Shown here in pieces: positions 6,090-7,280 of a stretch of DNA of 7,280 nt (positions are counted from its first letter, which is position 1; each line of letters starts with the position of its first letter). The stretch spans positions 1 to 7,280 of IMG/VR virus record IMGVR_UViG_2541047771_000008; one strand, written 5' to 3'. A program made the translations under genes and the position numbers. This stretch comes from a virus. Its lineage: Duplodnaviria > Heunggongvirae > Uroviricota > Caudoviricetes. Under the pieces are notes generated by a model. That model saw nothing but the letters and a program-made list of their open reading frames with translations. It was not told where the DNA came from and did no database searches.

Positions 6090-6508
6090 CAGCACAGATA
6101 GCGGCTTACGGGCGGCTGGTGGCTGACCCGCAGTTAAAGACCACCAGCAAGGGTACACAAATGACGATGGCTAGTATGGCAGTCCCCCTTCCGTGCAGCC
6201 AGGCAGATGACGGAACGGCGACGATGTGGTTATCCGTCCTGGCGTTTGGCAGACAGGCCGACGCACTGGCAAAACACCACAAAGGCGAACTGGTGAGCGT
6301 GGCGGGTAACATGCAGGTAAGCCAGTGGACAGGCCAGAACGGCGAAACGCGGCAGGGCTGGCAGGTTATCGCAGACAGCGTGATCAGTGCGCGAACAGCG
6401 CGACCGGGCGGCAAAAAAGGCCAGCAGGGGCAGGCCACTGACGCACTGAACAGGGCAAAACAACAGTCGGGGAATGATGATCCGTACGGCGATAATATAC
6501 CGTTTTAA
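6086..6508 (+). CDS. ssb: single-stranded DNA-binding protein (SSB family, OB fold with acidic C-terminal tail)
   Basis: 140 aa with SD GGAGAG 8 nt upstream. The OB-fold core aligns by eye to E. coli SSB (GRLVADPQL...WLSVLAFGRQADALAKHHKGELVSVAGNMQVSQWTGQNGETRQGWQVIADSV versus VGNLGQDPEV...[51 protein letters not shown]). A Gly/Gln-rich linker follows, and the C-terminus ...DDPYGDNIPF matches the SSB tip motif (E. coli ends DDDIPF). Confidence 0.85.
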   Translation: MTAQIAAYGRLVADPQLKTTSKGTQMTMASMAVPLPCSQADDGTATMWLSVLAFGRQADALAKHHKGELVSVAGNMQVSQWTGQNGETRQGWQVIADSVISARTARPGGKKGQQGQATDALNRAKQQSGNDDPYGDNIPF

Positions 6509-6525
6509 ATTCTGCAAACAAAAAG

Positions 6526-6554
6526 ATGCCGGAAAAAAATAGATTTTCCGGCAT
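6526..6554. terminator. perfect 11-bp hairpin, probable transcription terminator between ssb and the capsid gene
   Basis: ATGCCGGAAAA-AAATAGA-TTTTCCGGCAT at 6526-6554. A clean U-tract follows only in the minus orientation (complement of 6511-6525 gives CUUUUUGUUUG). On the plus strand the hairpin is preceded by an A-tract with no U-tract after it. It may be bidirectional or protect ssb from leftward read-through. Confidence 0.45.
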
Positions 6555-6725
6555 GCTACATAAATCCCGACCAAAGGAAGTAAATACATTAACACGAATT
6601 ATCAGCACTGAAGTTGTCACGGCATATTTTATACAACATTGCACTTGGTTGCATGTATTCGCATAGCAGACATCGGTAATAGAATATATTCACAATTATT
6701 TGTAATGAATGTAAAGAGGATGAGT

Positions 6726-7280
6726 ATGGTTGACTTATATTCGCCTACACAGCTTGTGCAGGTGGCTAATGCTGAAGATGTGCAAAAAAAATTAAATGCG
6801 TTGTTTACCAGTTTGTTTTTCACTCGCTCGGTAATGTTTGAATCGAGAGACATTATTCTTGATACGATCGACGATCCAAATATCCCGATCGCGGCGTTTT
6901 GCTCTCCTATGGTGGGCAGTAAAGTTTCACGAGATGAGGGATACGAATCAAAAACAATTCGCCCTGGCTATATGAAACCGAAAAGCAGCATTGATCCAAA
7001 TAAGTTAGCTGTGCGCCCTGCTGGTGTATCACCTGAGCAATACAATGCTTTTGGAGCGCGTAATATTAAAGTTAAACAGGCGATTGTAAATCAGGCTAAA
7101 GCTATTCGTGCACGTATTGAATGGCTTGCCGTTCAGGCAATCACAACGGGGAAAAATATCATTGAGGGCGATGGTATTGAACGTTATGAGCTGGACTGGA
7201 ATATTAAACCACAAAATATCATCACTCAGTCTGGCGGTGCTGAGTGGTCAGGTAAGGATAAAGAAGCTTTTGATCCAAAT
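6726..7280 (+). CDS. major capsid protein, lambda gpE family (5' portion; gene continues beyond the window)
   Basis: Open frame from ATG 6726 to the window end (185 codons, no stop), with SD AAGAGGA 5 nt upstream; an in-frame ATG at 6720 would give MSMVD..., mirroring the lambda E N-terminus MSMY. Recalled lambda gpE blocks match: IRPGYMKPK versus FTPGYVKPK, and NIITQSGGAEWSGKDKEAFDP versus NITQSGGTEWSKRDKSTYDP. Not in the ORF track because it has no stop in the window. Confidence 0.82.
   Translation, partial: MVDLYSPTQLVQVANAEDVQKKLNALFTSLFFTRSVMFESRDIILDTIDDPNIPIAAFCSPMVGSKVSRDEGYESKTIRPGYMKPKSSIDPNKLAVRPAGVSPEQYNAFGARNIKVKQAIVNQAKAIRARIEWLAVQAITTGKNIIEGDGIERYELDWNIKPQNIITQSGGAEWSGKDKEAFDPN

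Noticed and set aside
5822-6644. Minus-strand ORFs 5822-6061, 5904-6158, 6106-6438, 6230-6595, 6384-6644
   Set aside because: They are antisense to the orf81-ssb pair. The plus-strand SSB reading is supported by OB-fold conservation and the C-terminal IPF tip; the minus-strand translations are Cys-rich shadow ORFs.
6629-7214. Minus-strand ORFs 6629-6853 and 7029-7214
   Set aside because: They are antisense to the promoter region and coding sequence of the gpE-family capsid gene, whose plus-strand frame shows conserved capsid blocks.
1-7280. tRNA, rRNA or other classical RNA genes, IS elements or transposases
   Set aside because: No cloverleaf-like or rRNA-like segments and no transposase-like ORFs or terminal inverted repeats were recognised by eye. 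A tRNA attachment site is expected left of position 1, outside the window. A tRNAscan or Infernal run would be needed to fully exclude small RNAs.

Overview
The window reads as the integrase-proximal part of a P4-family phage satellite or related integrative island, probably from an Enterobacteriaceae host; all calls come from reading the sequence and ORF translations by eye, with no searches run. Gene order is: tyrosine integrase (1-1239), an AT-rich spacer with phased repeats, an AlpA-type regulator (1659-1868), a convergent minus-strand pair of tiny genes (an Arc/Mnt-like ribbon-helix-helix protein and a 57-aa basic protein) with their own terminator, a roughly 540-bp apparently non-coding leader, then a tightly coupled plus-strand operon (small Icd-like protein, two unknown proteins of about 100 aa, a P4 alpha-like SF3 helicase/primase). 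Immediately downstream is an iteron origin with nine perfect TGTTCACC octamers, then a small ORF coupled to an SSB homolog, a hairpin, and the 5' end of a lambda gpE-family major capsid gene that runs off the window. The best candidates for something undescribed are the minus-strand RHH cassette with the GTGCGAT repeat array and long leader (a possible immunity or toxin-antitoxin-like switch), the two unknown proteins coupled to the helicase, and the capsid gene sitting directly behind a P4-type replication module. No CRISPR array, rRNA, tRNA or transposase was recognised. The 414-aa ORF at 1879-3123 is judged a shadow ORF.
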